Assembly: GCA_965222375.1 (NCBI GenBank)
Contig: CBDCTZ010000013.1
Location: 288,001 to 352,000 of the forward strand
DNA: 64,000 nucleotides
Source of the DNA: Polyangiaceae bacterium
Lineage (GTDB): Bacteria; Myxococcota_A; Polyangia; Polyangiales; Polyangiaceae
Direction of reading: 5' to 3'
This document shows, piece after piece, positions 53,707 to 63,513 of the stretch. Positions within the stretch are counted from its first letter, which is position 1. Each line of letters starts with the position of its first letter. Under the pieces are notes generated by a model that worked only from the letters and a program-made list of their open reading frames with translations, made no database searches and had not been told where the DNA came from. The translations under genes and the position numbers were made by a program.

Positions 53707-54759
53707 CTAGAATGGCCCCACAAAGGAGGGATCCGGAATATCCCGCGGGTGGTCTCTGTCGGGCTCAGGCGGGGGCGGCGGAAGCCCGAGACTCGTATGA
53801 GCGGCCTTTTCGATGTCATGTGAACGCGGAAAGAAATCCACGCTCAGGCTCGCGGCGCTCGGCGATGGACAGTCCGGAGACGCCACCCTGCACGGAGCGG
53901 ATTTCAGATCAGAAAAGGCGCCTTCGCTAACCCGAGCGAGAACCTCCGCACCGATCCCGAAGCTTGTACTTGCTGTATCCGCCACAACGAGGCGGCCAGT
54001 CTTCTTGACGGACGCATACAGCGTCCGCGTGTCGAGGGGATTTACACTCCGCAGGTCGATGACCTCTGCCTCTACTCCACGGGCTGAGAGCCGCTCCGCG
54101 GCAGCCAGAGCCTCGATGGTCATGTAGCTCGTCGCCGCCAGCGTTACGTCCGACCCTCGTCGCGCCACCCGCGCTTGGTCCAATGGAACGCGGTAGATCC
54201 CGCTCGGCACATCGCTTTGCAGGTTGTACAACCAGCGATGTTCGATCATGACAACCGGGTTGTCATCCTCGACGGCTGCGATGAGCATTCCTTTCGCGTC
54301 GTGGGCCGTCGTGGGCAACACCACGCGCAACCCAGGCACGTGCGCAAACCAAGCTTGGAGGCTTTGCGCGTGCTGAGGCCCCTGCCCCCAGCCTCGGCCG
54401 ACAATGAGCCGCATCACCATGGGCACCGGAACATGACTGCCAAACATGTAGTGCCACTTGGCCACTTGGTTGACGATTTGCTCCATCGCCAATAGCGCGA
54501 AGTCGACGCGTTGGTGGGTGAGTATTGGGCGCATTCCCACCAGCGCGGACCCCAGCGCGATGCCGGTCATTCCGTTCTCCGCGGTGGGCATGTCGCGGAC
54601 CCGCGCCGGCCCGTATTTTTCGACTAGGCCGGACGTGCTGCCAAAGAGCCCTTTGGGGTCAGGGACGCCGAGCCCCATCACGTACACATTGGGAGCGTGA
54701 CCCAGACACAGATCTGTAGCTTCGCGCAGGGCCTCTGCGTACGAGAGTTGACGGCTCAT
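53707..54759 (-). CDS. ThDP-dependent dehydrogenase E1 beta-like (transketolase C-terminal) subunit
   Basis: DMPTAENG, QIVNQVAK, GPQHAQS, VPGLRVV, IEHRWLY, EVIDLRS. Confidence 0.9.
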   Translation of the reverse strand: MSRQLSYAEALREATDLCLGHAPNVYVMGLGVPDPKGLFGSTSGLVEKYGPARVRDMPTAENGMTGIALGSALVGMRPILTHQRVDFALLAMEQIVNQVAKWHYMFGSHVPVPMVMRLIVGRGWGQGPQHAQSLQAWFAHVPGLRVVLPTTAHDAKGMLIAAVEDDNPVVMIEHRWLYNLQSDVPSGIYRVPLDQARVARRGSDVTLAATSYMTIEALAAAERLSARGVEAEVIDLRSVNPLDTRTLYASVKKTGRLVVADTASTSFGIGAEVLARVSEGAFSDLKSAPCRVASPDCPSPSAASLSVDFFPRSHDIEKAAHTSLGLPPPPPEPDRDHPRDIPDPSFVGPF

Positions 54760-55754
54760 TGCGAAGCTCCGCCGAGTGGCGTACGAGTCGAGGCGAGGAC
54801 ACCCGCCATCAATTGCGCCGGCTCTGGGACAGGAGCTGCCAACGCGGCCGCAAAGGCCTCGTCAATGGCAACCTGGTGCGCTGAACGCAAGTTGGCCACG
54901 GACTCGCCATCGAGAACACCGCGCGCGCGCAGAGTGCGCTCAGCCTGCGCAAGCGGACATCGCGCTTTCCAATCTTTGATCTCCTGTGCACCGCGGTACC
55001 CTAGCTCAGCGTCCTCGTACGGACCCACATGCTCCAACCAACGGTAGGTCGACAGCTCCAGGAACGTCGGACCGCCACCGCTTCTGGCACGCTGGATGGC
55101 GTCCCGTGCCAAGCGATACACCGCAAACACATCATTGCCGTCAGCACTGTGGGCGAGCATTCCGTGTCCGCGTGCCAAGTCCGAGATGGATCGAGTGGCG
55201 GGTTGGCGCGCCTTCAGCGGCGTCTGAACCGAGTACAGGTTGTTCTCGCAGACGAAGAGCACCGGCAGCTTTTCCAACAGCGCAAAGGCCAGGCTCTCAT
55301 GAAAAACCCCCTCTTCGACCGCGGCATCGCCGAAGAAGACCGTCGCCACTCGTGCCTCGGAGCGAAGCGAAAAGCCGAATGCGGCACCCACGGCCATCGG
55401 AATGGTGCTGGCAACGATGGGGACCGCACCCAAGAATCCAGCGTCCAGATCGATCAGGTGCATGCTGCCGCCTTTTCCGCCGCTGCAACCGGTGGAACGC
55501 CCGTAGATTTCGGCGATCATGCGGGGCAGTGAGCCCCCCTTCGCGAGATAGTGGCCATGGGAGCGGTGCCCACTGAGAACGACGTCCGTTTCCTGCAGTG
55601 CAGCACAAACGCCGGCAGCCACGGCCTCCTGTCCGATGCACAGGTGAGTCGGGCAGCGCATTTCTTGCTCGGGATAGCGCCGAGCTATTTCCTCCTCGAC
55701 CATGCGTATCAAAAGCATGTCCCGATACAAGCGCGCGTCGGACTCCTCTGTCAT
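54756..55754 (-). CDS. ThDP-dependent dehydrogenase E1 alpha-like subunit
   Basis: HLCIGQEA, HRSHGH, GKGGSMH, FFGDAAVEEG...CENN (ThDP motif), TYRWLEH. Confidence 0.92.
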   Translation of the reverse strand: MTEESDARLYRDMLLIRMVEEEIARRYPEQEMRCPTHLCIGQEAVAAGVCAALQETDVVLSGHRSHGHYLAKGGSLPRMIAEIYGRSTGCSGGKGGSMHLIDLDAGFLGAVPIVASTIPMAVGAAFGFSLRSEARVATVFFGDAAVEEGVFHESLAFALLEKLPVLFVCENNLYSVQTPLKARQPATRSISDLARGHGMLAHSADGNDVFAVYRLARDAIQRARSGGGPTFLELSTYRWLEHVGPYEDAELGYRGAQEIKDWKARCPLAQAERTLRARGVLDGESVANLRSAHQVAIDEAFAAALAAPVPEPAQLMAGVLASTRTPLGGASQ

Positions 55755-56780
55755 CTACGTCTTGTCCTTTGGCTCATCTGCGAGCCGCTGCATGCGACGC
55801 ACGTTGAAGTAGCCCTCGCTTTCCAGAGGGTTTGGCAGGCGCCCGGCGGCAAAGGCCCCGATGAGATCTTGAACTGCGCGCTCGACACTCCGTTTCGGGG
55901 CAAACTCCAACTCCTCGGCAATCCGCTTGGAGCAGATGTGATAGGAGCGGTCATCCGCGGACGGCGTTGTCTCGATGGTGACCGGGCTCGGCGCCAGGCG
56001 ATCGACGACGCATCGCACCCGTTCTGCTAGTTCTGCGACTGTGTGGTTCTCATACCCCACGTTGTAGACTCGCCCGCCTAGCTGCTGGGAGGGGAGTTCC
56101 AATAGCAAAGCGTAGAGGTCCACCATGTCTTCGATGTGCAGATTGGGCCGCTTCTGCGTTCCACCGAAAACCGTGATCTTGCCCCGATTGACGGCGTGAT
56201 TGGTCAAGATGTTCACCGTGAGGTCCAAGCGCTGCCGCGGCGAGTACCCACAGAGCGTCGCGGGGCGGAGTACGACTGGGCAAAACTGGTCCGATGCGCG
56301 CGACAAAAGCAGAGGCTCGCAAGCCGCCTTGAACTTGCTGTAGTCGGTCAGCGGTTCTAGTGGATGACCCTCGTCGACGTTCGGCGCGTCACTGACGCCG
56401 TAGACACTGGACGACGACGCGTAAACGAACCGTCGAACACCCGCCGCCTCGGCAGCTGCGACGAGTGGCTCAAAGGCCTCGAAGTTGATGCTCCGCCCCA
56501 GTTCCGGGTCCAATTCGAAGGAAGGGTCATTCGAAATGCAGGCCAAGTGGATGACCGCATCGACTCCGGTCATCGCCGCCCGCACACAATCCAAATCCCT
56601 AATGTCACCCTCGATGACCTCGAGCCCCGCATGGCCCTCTACGTCCGCGAGTGCCTGCCGGCCAAACCAAAACAGGTCAAGAACGCGCACAAGATGACCG
56701 CGCTCGAGGAGCCGAGGAACCAGACGCGCGCCCACATACCCGGCACCACCGGTGATCAGGACGCGGGTCAGCTCAGGCAT
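55755..56780 (-). CDS. NAD-dependent epimerase/dehydratase (extended SDR)
   Basis: ITGGAGYVG, HLACISND, ASSSSVYG, YSKFK, RLDLTVN. Confidence 0.92.
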   Translation of the reverse strand: MPELTRVLITGGAGYVGARLVPRLLERGHLVRVLDLFWFGRQALADVEGHAGLEVIEGDIRDLDCVRAAMTGVDAVIHLACISNDPSFELDPELGRSINFEAFEPLVAAAEAAGVRRFVYASSSSVYGVSDAPNVDEGHPLEPLTDYSKFKAACEPLLLSRASDQFCPVVLRPATLCGYSPRQRLDLTVNILTNHAVNRGKITVFGGTQKRPNLHIEDMVDLYALLLELPSQQLGGRVYNVGYENHTVAELAERVRCVVDRLAPSPVTIETTPSADDRSYHICSKRIAEELEFAPKRSVERAVQDLIGAFAAGRLPNPLESEGYFNVRRMQRLADEPKDKT

Positions 56781-57331
56781 CTCACTGCTTCTAAAAGTCC
56801 GTTCGGTCTGTTCTTCGGCACCGCTATTGCCCTGACGCCTGCTCCTCGCGCTGCAGCGAGGTCGCGATCCGAATCACCGAGCAAGGCGCATGCCCCGAGG
56901 CGAAGTCCAAAGTCCTGAGCAGCCTGTAGCAACAAGCCAGGTTTGGGCTTGCGGCATTGGCAACTCGTCCGAAACGCGTTCACACCGTCCTCCAGATGAG
57001 GGCAAGTGTAGATCGCGTCGATGCGAGCCTCTTCGGCAGCGAGCTGCTCCAGCAACGTTCGATGAAGCTCGTCCAGCACTGATTCCTCCAACAGGCCGCG
57101 CGCCAACGCCGATTGGTTCGTCACGACGATCACGAATTGCTCACCACTCAACGCGCGCACGGCTTCGGCCGCTCCCTCGAGTATTCGCAGATCCGCAATG
57201 CGCGTCAGGTAGTGAGTGTCTTCAATCAACGTCCCGTCGCGATCCAAAAACACCGCGCGTTCGGGGTTCCGCGGGAGGCTGCGCCGAGGAGCTTGTGGCC
57301 GGTGCACCAAGGGCGACGGCGTTGCACTCAT
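56768..57331 (-). CDS. gmhB: D-glycero-D-manno-heptose-1,7-bisphosphate phosphatase-like HAD-IIIA hydrolase
   Basis: FLDRDGTL, VTNQS, CPH...CQCRKPKPG, GDSDRD. Confidence 0.85.
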   Translation of the reverse strand: MSATPSPLVHRPQAPRRSLPRNPERAVFLDRDGTLIEDTHYLTRIADLRILEGAAEAVRALSGEQFVIVVTNQSALARGLLEESVLDELHRTLLEQLAAEEARIDAIYTCPHLEDGVNAFRTSCQCRKPKPGLLLQAAQDFGLRLGACALLGDSDRDLAAARGAGVRAIAVPKNRPNGLLEAVRCLS

Positions 57332-57909
57332 GGTCCCTCGGCGAGCCGTGCGGACGCAGAATCCGTAATCAGATGCGTGAGGACGGTGTGGACGCTTTCG
57401 ACCAGCCCATAGGCATGAGACGCGACGTAGAAGTTCACAGCGCCAAGTACTCTCAACGGGTTATCTGCGTCAAATCCCGTGAGGGTCAGCACTCTCGCGC
57501 CGGAGGTGAGGGCCAAGTTCGTGGCGCGCAGGATGTTCTCCGAGCGCCCGGAAGAGCTCACGCTAATTAGAATGTCTCCTGCCTCGATCCATTGCCCAAG
57601 TGGATCGGAAAAGACGCGAGCGTAGCCGTCGTCATTGGTGATAGCGGTCATCAGCGGCACATCATGGAACACGGACGACCGCACTCCGACGTTCTTCATC
57701 AGATCGTTGTGCATATGGGTCGCGATTGCGCTGCTTCCACCATTGCCGATCACGAACACCGAACGCCTATCACTCCGCACACGAAGCAGCTCGGCGACGG
57801 TTCGCTGACAGCCCTCGTCGAGAGATGCAACTTCGCCATCCACCGACACTTGCGTCCCGCGAAGGAGCTGGTGCACTTGGTCCACATAGCGCTGTGCGTC
57901 GCTAGTCAT
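57328..57909 (-). CDS. gmhA: SIS-domain phosphoheptose isomerase-like protein
   Basis: IGNGGS, TAITND, SSSGRSEN, LTGF, VESVH. Start MTSDAQRY at 57909. Confidence 0.8.
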   Translation of the reverse strand: MTSDAQRYVDQVHQLLRGTQVSVDGEVASLDEGCQRTVAELLRVRSDRRSVFVIGNGGSSAIATHMHNDLMKNVGVRSSVFHDVPLMTAITNDDGYARVFSDPLGQWIEAGDILISVSSSGRSENILRATNLALTSGARVLTLTGFDADNPLRVLGAVNFYVASHAYGLVESVHTVLTHLITDSASARLAEGP

Positions 57910-58867
57910 CGCTCGCCTCTCCGAGGTGGCGGTGCAGGGCCACAATGCTGTCTTGATGCAAACCCCGCACGTAGTGACTTTCGCCCCCGTCCGCAACGGT
58001 GCGCACCAGTAGCGTCTTGAACGGGCGAAAATAGTAGCGGACGTCCGTTTTTGGTGGCTCTTTGGTCGTGTCCGGCCCGAGGTCCGCCAAGTCGAACACC
58101 GCGCACAGGAAGCGAGAGATGCTGCGCCCCTCCAACGCGGCGAGGTTGCGCGCCATGGCAAGAGCCTTGAGGAACACCTCGGGTGCCATGACGGCGCTGC
58201 CAACGGCTAGCAGCACGCCTCCCTCAAGCTGCGAGACCGCGTGACCTAGCACGAGGAAATCCGTGTAGCTGGCAGCTCCGGTCGCTGCGCCGCTCGAGTT
58301 CGGGTGCTGATGGACAATGTCATAGCCAATCCCCACATGCACCGTGGCTGGGATCCGAAGGCGATATGCCTGGCACAGAACCGAAGTCTCCGAGTACTCG
58401 TGGTTGTCTGACGTAATTGCTTCGCCCAAGGCTTCACCCAAACCGATACCCCGATTGGCGGCATCTACCGCAACGTCGTTCACCCGACCGGTTTCCTCCC
58501 AGAAGCCGAACTGACCGTTCTTGATGTAGCGGGCTACACTCTCGGTAGTACCTCCGACCAAGGACAGCTCGTAGTCGTGGATCGCCGCGCCCCCGTTCAT
58601 ACCCAGATGGGTGATTAGCCCGCGCCGCATCCAATCGATCAAGAAGCGCTGTACGCCGGCTCTGAGCACATGCGCGCCCATGAGCAGAATTACCGACCGA
58701 CCGTCGCGCCGCGCCGCTTGAATGCGGCTCGCGATCCTTCCGAGCGCCGGGCTGTCCCATCCGGAGTCTTCCGCGAGGGACAGCACCTGGCCCACACCAA
58801 AATCGTGCTTCCGCTCCTGCAGCGGACGCAGGAGCAATCGGCTCGGGTCCAGCTTGGGATAAGGCAT
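57902..58867 (-). CDS. Deoxyhypusine-synthase-like fold protein of unknown function
   Basis: MGAHVLRAG, MNGGAAIHDYE, GFWEETG, PATVHVGIGYDIVH, GSAVMAPEVFLKAL. Start MPYPK at 58867. Confidence 0.7.
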   Translation of the reverse strand: MPYPKLDPSRLLLRPLQERKHDFGVGQVLSLAEDSGWDSPALGRIASRIQAARRDGRSVILLMGAHVLRAGVQRFLIDWMRRGLITHLGMNGGAAIHDYELSLVGGTTESVARYIKNGQFGFWEETGRVNDVAVDAANRGIGLGEALGEAITSDNHEYSETSVLCQAYRLRIPATVHVGIGYDIVHQHPNSSGAATGAASYTDFLVLGHAVSQLEGGVLLAVGSAVMAPEVFLKALAMARNLAALEGRSISRFLCAVFDLADLGPDTTKEPPKTDVRYYFRPFKTLLVRTVADGGESHYVRGLHQDSIVALHRHLGEASDD

Positions 58868-60447
58868 CAAGCGTCCGGGACATGCGGCAAGAGCACGGAC
58901 TCGACCGCCGCGCGAGTGACAGCCACGTTGCCCAGATTGGCCGTCGCCACTGCAGCGGCGCCCGTGGCAACAAACGCAGCCAGACTGCCCGATGCGCCGC
59001 ATGCCAGGCTCGCCGCAAGACAGGCCAACATCGCGTCGCCTGCCCCCATCGGGTCCACAGGTGACTCAGCGAGACTGGGCAGGTACTCGATCGAGAGCGC
59101 AGCTTTGACGTCAGCCAAGTTCTTTCCAACAAGGGCCGACCGCTCCACTCCTTGGCCCAACTCGAACAGCATCAGCCCACGAGCACCCAGCGTCACAATC
59201 ACGCTATCAGTCTCCGCCTCCAGTAGAAGCCGCGCGCCCAGATCCGCCACACCACTGGAGCGATCACAGAGCGACAATCTGGCCTCGCGTTCAGACGGAG
59301 CAATCACGCTGACCCCTTTCATGCGGCGCACGTTGCCGAGCTGAGTGCTACACTGGACGTCGCCCACCACGGGCAACCCGCGCTCCGCCCTAGCCTGGCG
59401 TACCCAGTCGATCACCCGATCCGTGACCACCCCATATCCGAAGTCGGTCACGACAACCGCGTCAACTAAGACGCAAAGTCCATCGATGAGCCGGAGAAAT
59501 TTCTCCTCGGTGTCGTGATCCAGATCGTGGTCGTTGAACACGTTCACGTTGAGCAGCTTTTTCCCCTCTGACAAGTAGCGCGTCTTCACGATGGTTGGAC
59601 GGCTTTCGTCTTCTAGAAGCTCGGCTTCTACGAGGCAGCGGCGCAGCTCACGTCGGACCCTTTCCGCGGCATCGTCCTTGCCTACTACCGTGAACAAGTG
59701 AGGCCTCGCTCCCAGGCCATTGAGATGCTGCGCAACGATCGCCGCGCCTCCAATGAAGGCCTCGCTCTCCCGAGGGCGCACCACTAGCACTGGCGCTTCG
59801 GCGCTCATTCCGAGGGGTTCCGCGTAGACGTATGTGTCCACGATCGTCTCACCGATTACGGCTACCCGCTTGTCAGCTATGCCGTCGAGAAGATCACGCA
59901 GCCCGGCCTTTGTGATCCCGTGCCGCCCACAAAACCTCCGCACCTGCTCGCGGCTCGGTTCCAATTCGTGCTTGTGACTGTCGATGATGTGAGTCGAGGA
60001 GTAGACGACGTCGCCGGAGCTGAAAAGCACACGGCCTCCGGCGGTTTCAACAAGTCGACGCTCGCGCCCGAAACGCCCGTCATGAACCTGCTCGAACTCC
60101 TTGCCTTTCACATAGACGTCCGGCTTGACGAACTCCAGCGCTGGGCCAGCCCACTCACCATCATCGATGCAAACGAAGTCCACCACTTCCAGCGCGGCCA
60201 GGCTCTCAGCCCGTAGCTGCTCCGGAACGTAGGGGCGGTTTCTACCCTTTTGCACGACGCTATCGCCGCTCACGGTGACCACCAGCAAGTCGCCTTGCTT
60301 CCGCGCCCAAGTCAGATGCCGCAAGTGTCCGGGGTGCAGGATGTCGAAGCAACCGTGACATTGGACGATCTTCCGTCCACCTTCGCGGGCGCTCAGAAGC
60401 GCTTCCTGCAACTGTGGTCGTGACAGAATCTTGCCGAGATAGCTCAC
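58867..60447 (-). CDS. Bifunctional nucleotidyltransferase / PfkB sugar kinase (HldE-like, transferase domain first)
   Basis: N-terminal HGCFDILHPGH, KPDVYVKGKE, YSST; C-terminal GGAAIVA, DFGYG, DPMGAGDA. GTG start at 60447. Confidence 0.88.
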   Translation of the reverse strand: MSYLGKILSRPQLQEALLSAREGGRKIVQCHGCFDILHPGHLRHLTWARKQGDLLVVTVSGDSVVQKGRNRPYVPEQLRAESLAALEVVDFVCIDDGEWAGPALEFVKPDVYVKGKEFEQVHDGRFGRERRLVETAGGRVLFSSGDVVYSSTHIIDSHKHELEPSREQVRRFCGRHGITKAGLRDLLDGIADKRVAVIGETIVDTYVYAEPLGMSAEAPVLVVRPRESEAFIGGAAIVAQHLNGLGARPHLFTVVGKDDAAERVRRELRRCLVEAELLEDESRPTIVKTRYLSEGKKLLNVNVFNDHDLDHDTEEKFLRLIDGLCVLVDAVVVTDFGYGVVTDRVIDWVRQARAERGLPVVGDVQCSTQLGNVRRMKGVSVIAPSEREARLSLCDRSSGVADLGARLLLEAETDSVIVTLGARGLMLFELGQGVERSALVGKNLADVKAALSIEYLPSLAESPVDPMGAGDAMLACLAASLACGASGSLAAFVATGAAAVATANLGNVAVTRAAVESVLLPHVPDA

Positions 60448-61217
60448 GCCAGCTCCTCCGCGGGGCGAGGGCGGCGCGTTCTGCGAAGCACGCGAACTTC
60501 CATGAAGACCCGAGCGAAGGTGGCCCCCACCCCCAGCAGGTTCTTTAGCCGCAGGGCCTTGGACTTTCGACCTTCGCGCGGCACCACGCGGATGCCTACG
60601 GCAGCATAGGACCTGCCAGCGCACAGCAGTTTGATCAGCGCCTCGGCTTGGTACGCGAAACTATCCGTTCGAATGGCGACGCTTCGTACGAGGTCCGTGC
60701 GGTGTATCACCGTACCGTTGTAGTAGGGCACGTCGAGACCGAACAGACCGTTGACGATGTCCGTGTAGGCGCTCGAGAGTAGATTGCGCAGTCGGGATCG
60801 CGCAGACTTGCCTTCTGGAAAGGGAAGCACGATGTCTGCCTTGCCCACGGCCTGCAGTGGCTGTCGCAGGGCGGATGCGGGGTTCTCGTTGTCCCCCGGG
60901 ACCATCAACACGTACTCGAAGCGCGCCATGCGAAGCCCTTGCTTGTACACGCCACCAAGATTGCGGGAGCGCTGGTTGTGGAACCCAAAGACGTGAGGAT
61001 CGTCCGCGGCCAGACGATCCACCAAATCGCCGGTGGAGTCGCGGCTACCATCGTTGAAGAGTAGAATCTCCCAGTCAGAAAAGCGGCCGTGAATCGCCTG
61101 TTTGACTTCAGCAACCGCCTCCTCGATGTGCTGCTCTTCATCGAGAGCCGGGACGATGACGGTCAGAGTGGGGCTTTCGCTTCTCAACGCCTTCGGCTCC
61201 TCACACGAAGTTTTCAT
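60444..61217 (-). CDS. Glycosyltransferase family 2 (DPM-synthase-like)
   Basis: VIVPALDEE, NDGSRDST, NLGG, PGDNE, FAYQAE. Confidence 0.9.
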   Translation of the reverse strand: MKTSCEEPKALRSESPTLTVIVPALDEEQHIEEAVAEVKQAIHGRFSDWEILLFNDGSRDSTGDLVDRLAADDPHVFGFHNQRSRNLGGVYKQGLRMARFEYVLMVPGDNENPASALRQPLQAVGKADIVLPFPEGKSARSRLRNLLSSAYTDIVNGLFGLDVPYYNGTVIHRTDLVRSVAIRTDSFAYQAEALIKLLCAGRSYAAVGIRVVPREGRKSKALRLKNLLGVGATFARVFMEVRVLRRTRRPRPAEELA

Positions 61218-62343
61218 GCGCAGGCGGCGAACCAGTCGGCTCCGCCATGGGCAACCGGCCCTTCTTCATGTTGTCCAGGGTCTCGTTGACCTTGTGCTGC
61301 AGGCAAAGGCTCCCACACATACTCTGCGCATTGAAGCTCGGCGACGCCAAGTAACGCATTACCTCCCAGTAACGCTCACTCTGGAATATCTCGCGAAAAC
61401 TCTGTTCGCAGATGTTGCCTATGTGCAGCTTTTCGTAGCGCTGATTGAAAAGCATGCCACATGGCGCCACAAGCCCGGAGCCCGATATCTGCAACATGAA
61501 GGGCGGTCCGTAGCACCGCTTGTAACTGCGCTTGTTCCCGGTACGGATCTTGGACCATTTGACCTGAACGCTGTACTCGTCGTCGCTCAGCGCTTCTGCT
61601 CGCCGCAGCTTTTCGTACAGGGCTGGGTAGGCTGCGTAGTCTACTCCCAGGCTGCCGTCTTCATCGTCACTGCAGTGCTTGATGACCAAATAGTCCGGCC
61701 GTAGCTCTTTGCCCAGCTGCGCCAAGGGCAGGATCTGGTCTCCGTATTCGGGCATCAGCACCATCTGCATGCCAATGGTCACAGGCAAACCATACCGCTT
61801 CTTGATCGCCACCATGCTCCGGATGTTGTCGCAAACACGGTGAAACCACTCCTCCTTCACGCCCATGATCGCGGCGTAACGCGCGGGCTCCCCTGCGGAG
61901 ATGTTGATACGCAGGTAGGTCAGATGCGGCAACACTTGCTCCAGCTTGGATTCCGTCAGAACGAAGCCATTGGTGCCGCAGGCCATGGACAGGCCCCGGG
62001 CACTGCCCTGGGTCACCGCATCCACGAAAACCGGGCTGATCGTGCTTTCTCCATCGGATACCAAACTGACTCCGCGAACACCGATTTCAGCCGCGTCGTC
62101 CAAGAAGCCTCGGATGACGTCCTGGGTAATTCGGCTGCGCTCGTTTTCCTGCAGCATGGCGTAGCAAAAGTGGCAGCCATAGTTGCAGGCGCGGGTCAGC
62201 GCCATGTCAATGGTGATCGGCGCAATGCGTTCGCCACGCTCCCAGGCATGCACTCGGTCGAGGTGCCAGGCCAACTTGTTGCCATCCAGGATGAGGTCTG
62301 CGGGGCTAACCGACACTTGAACTTTCCGCCGCCCTCGGGCCAC
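61201..62343 (-). CDS. Radical SAM protein with C-terminal SPASM/twitch domain
   Basis: CNYGCHFC (CxxxCxxC), SDGES, GTNG; C-terminal CYGP...VAPC...IGNI...CGSLC. Start uncertain. Confidence 0.9.
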   Translation of the reverse strand: MARGRRKVQVSVSPADLILDGNKLAWHLDRVHAWERGERIAPITIDMALTRACNYGCHFCYAMLQENERSRITQDVIRGFLDDAAEIGVRGVSLVSDGESTISPVFVDAVTQGSARGLSMACGTNGFVLTESKLEQVLPHLTYLRINISAGEPARYAAIMGVKEEWFHRVCDNIRSMVAIKKRYGLPVTIGMQMVLMPEYGDQILPLAQLGKELRPDYLVIKHCSDDEDGSLGVDYAAYPALYEKLRRAEALSDDEYSVQVKWSKIRTGNKRSYKRCYGPPFMLQISGSGLVAPCGMLFNQRYEKLHIGNICEQSFREIFQSERYWEVMRYLASPSFNAQSMCGSLCLQHKVNETLDNMKKGRLPMAEPTGSPPAHENFV

Positions 62344-62376
62344 GAGAACGAAGCTTCAGTCTACCTTGCTGGCCCG

Positions 62377-63513
62377 TCAAAGGCGACGAATGACGTTGAG
62401 GTCTCGGCGCGCCACTCTTTCCACGCTGAGGCTGGGATCGACGCGGGCGGCAAGCTCCCGCTCCAGGCGGAATAGAAGCCCCCGCCGCCTGCTCGGCGGA
62501 ATCCCATCGCCTAGCTGCACTACGATGCGGCTGCAGTCTCGGAGCTGGACAAATTTGGCTTCGCCGCCCGCGAAACCCGCCGCCACGCACGCCGCCGCAA
62601 ACTCGCCACGGACCCTCTCCAGGCGGGCGGCGTCGCTGAGCTTTAGCCAAGCCTCCGACGCGCTGAGCTCGAAGCGGTTGTCGATATCCGGATAGCCGAT
62701 CTCGTGCCGGTAAGACGCCAACAGCCGCCGCACCAGGGCGTTGGCGCGAGCAAAGAGCAGCGAAGTGTTTTCGGGCTGGGGCACACCCGGAACAGGCGGG
62801 CCCGCCTCGGGCTCATGCGCGAGATGCATCACGGCAAGTACTCCATGGTCGGCCCACTCGAGAATTGGTGTGCGCTCGCCAACCTGACACAGGAGCTCCA
62901 GAACCCCGCGCTCGTCTGCTTCGGTCGCGCCCCAGTGGCCAGCACTGACTACACGGTGTTGCGCGTCGACGCGAGCGTGAAGCTGCCAATCTCCAATCCG
63001 GGCCCACGCCTGTGGAGCGCCTGTGTGCGTCTCGCGCGCGCTCTCGTGGCTGGCATCGGCTGCGGCGGCCATGACCCGACTGTGAAACCCAGGAGGCAGC
63101 CGCGGCACAGCTGCCTCTCCACCAGGCTCTCGTGGCCGCTCAACGACTCGCCTCGCGAACCGCAGAGAAGGCTTGGGCGATGGCCGCGACCCTGCCTCGA
63201 AGCTGAACTCGAGGCGAACAGGCAAGGCGTTGCCCTGGATCCGAAGGCTACCGTGGCGCGCGCCAAGCTCTTGCCAATTCCCAACCGAGTGTGTGTTGAA
63301 CGCCTCCGCACCCATCAACACTACGAGGCCCGACTCCCCTGCCCGACGCGCTGCGTCCAGCAAACCCTCCACGCTGCGGACGGGATCTGGGTCGGGAACC
63401 CAGGTCTCCAACCCATCCACACCCGCGTGAAATCCTCTCAGTACCGAATCGAGGCGTCGTTCATACGCCTCGACCAACTTCTCATAGGACAGCGTGCGAG
63501 GCGAAGGCATCAT
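62377..63513 (-). CDS. Hypothetical protein, possibly NifU-like (IscU + Nfu folds) without the conserved Cys
   Basis: In operon, coupled to the upstream gene (TGATG overlap at 63513). By-eye resemblance to IscU and Nfu segments. Confidence 0.6.
   Translation of the reverse strand: MMPSPRTLSYEKLVEAYERRLDSVLRGFHAGVDGLETWVPDPDPVRSVEGLLDAARRAGESGLVVLMGAEAFNTHSVGNWQELGARHGSLRIQGNALPVRLEFSFEAGSRPSPKPSLRFARRVVERPREPGGEAAVPRLPPGFHSRVMAAAADASHESARETHTGAPQAWARIGDWQLHARVDAQHRVVSAGHWGATEADERGVLELLCQVGERTPILEWADHGVLAVMHLAHEPEAGPPVPGVPQPENTSLLFARANALVRRLLASYRHEIGYPDIDNRFELSASEAWLKLSDAARLERVRGEFAAACVAAGFAGGEAKFVQLRDCSRIVVQLGDGIPPSRRRGLLFRLERELAARVDPSLSVERVARRDLNVIRRL

Noticed and set aside
53707..55754. 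Housekeeping pyruvate dehydrogenase pdhA/pdhB
   Set aside because: No E2 or E3 genes are adjacent and the pair ends a sugar-nucleotide operon, so no gene symbol was assigned.
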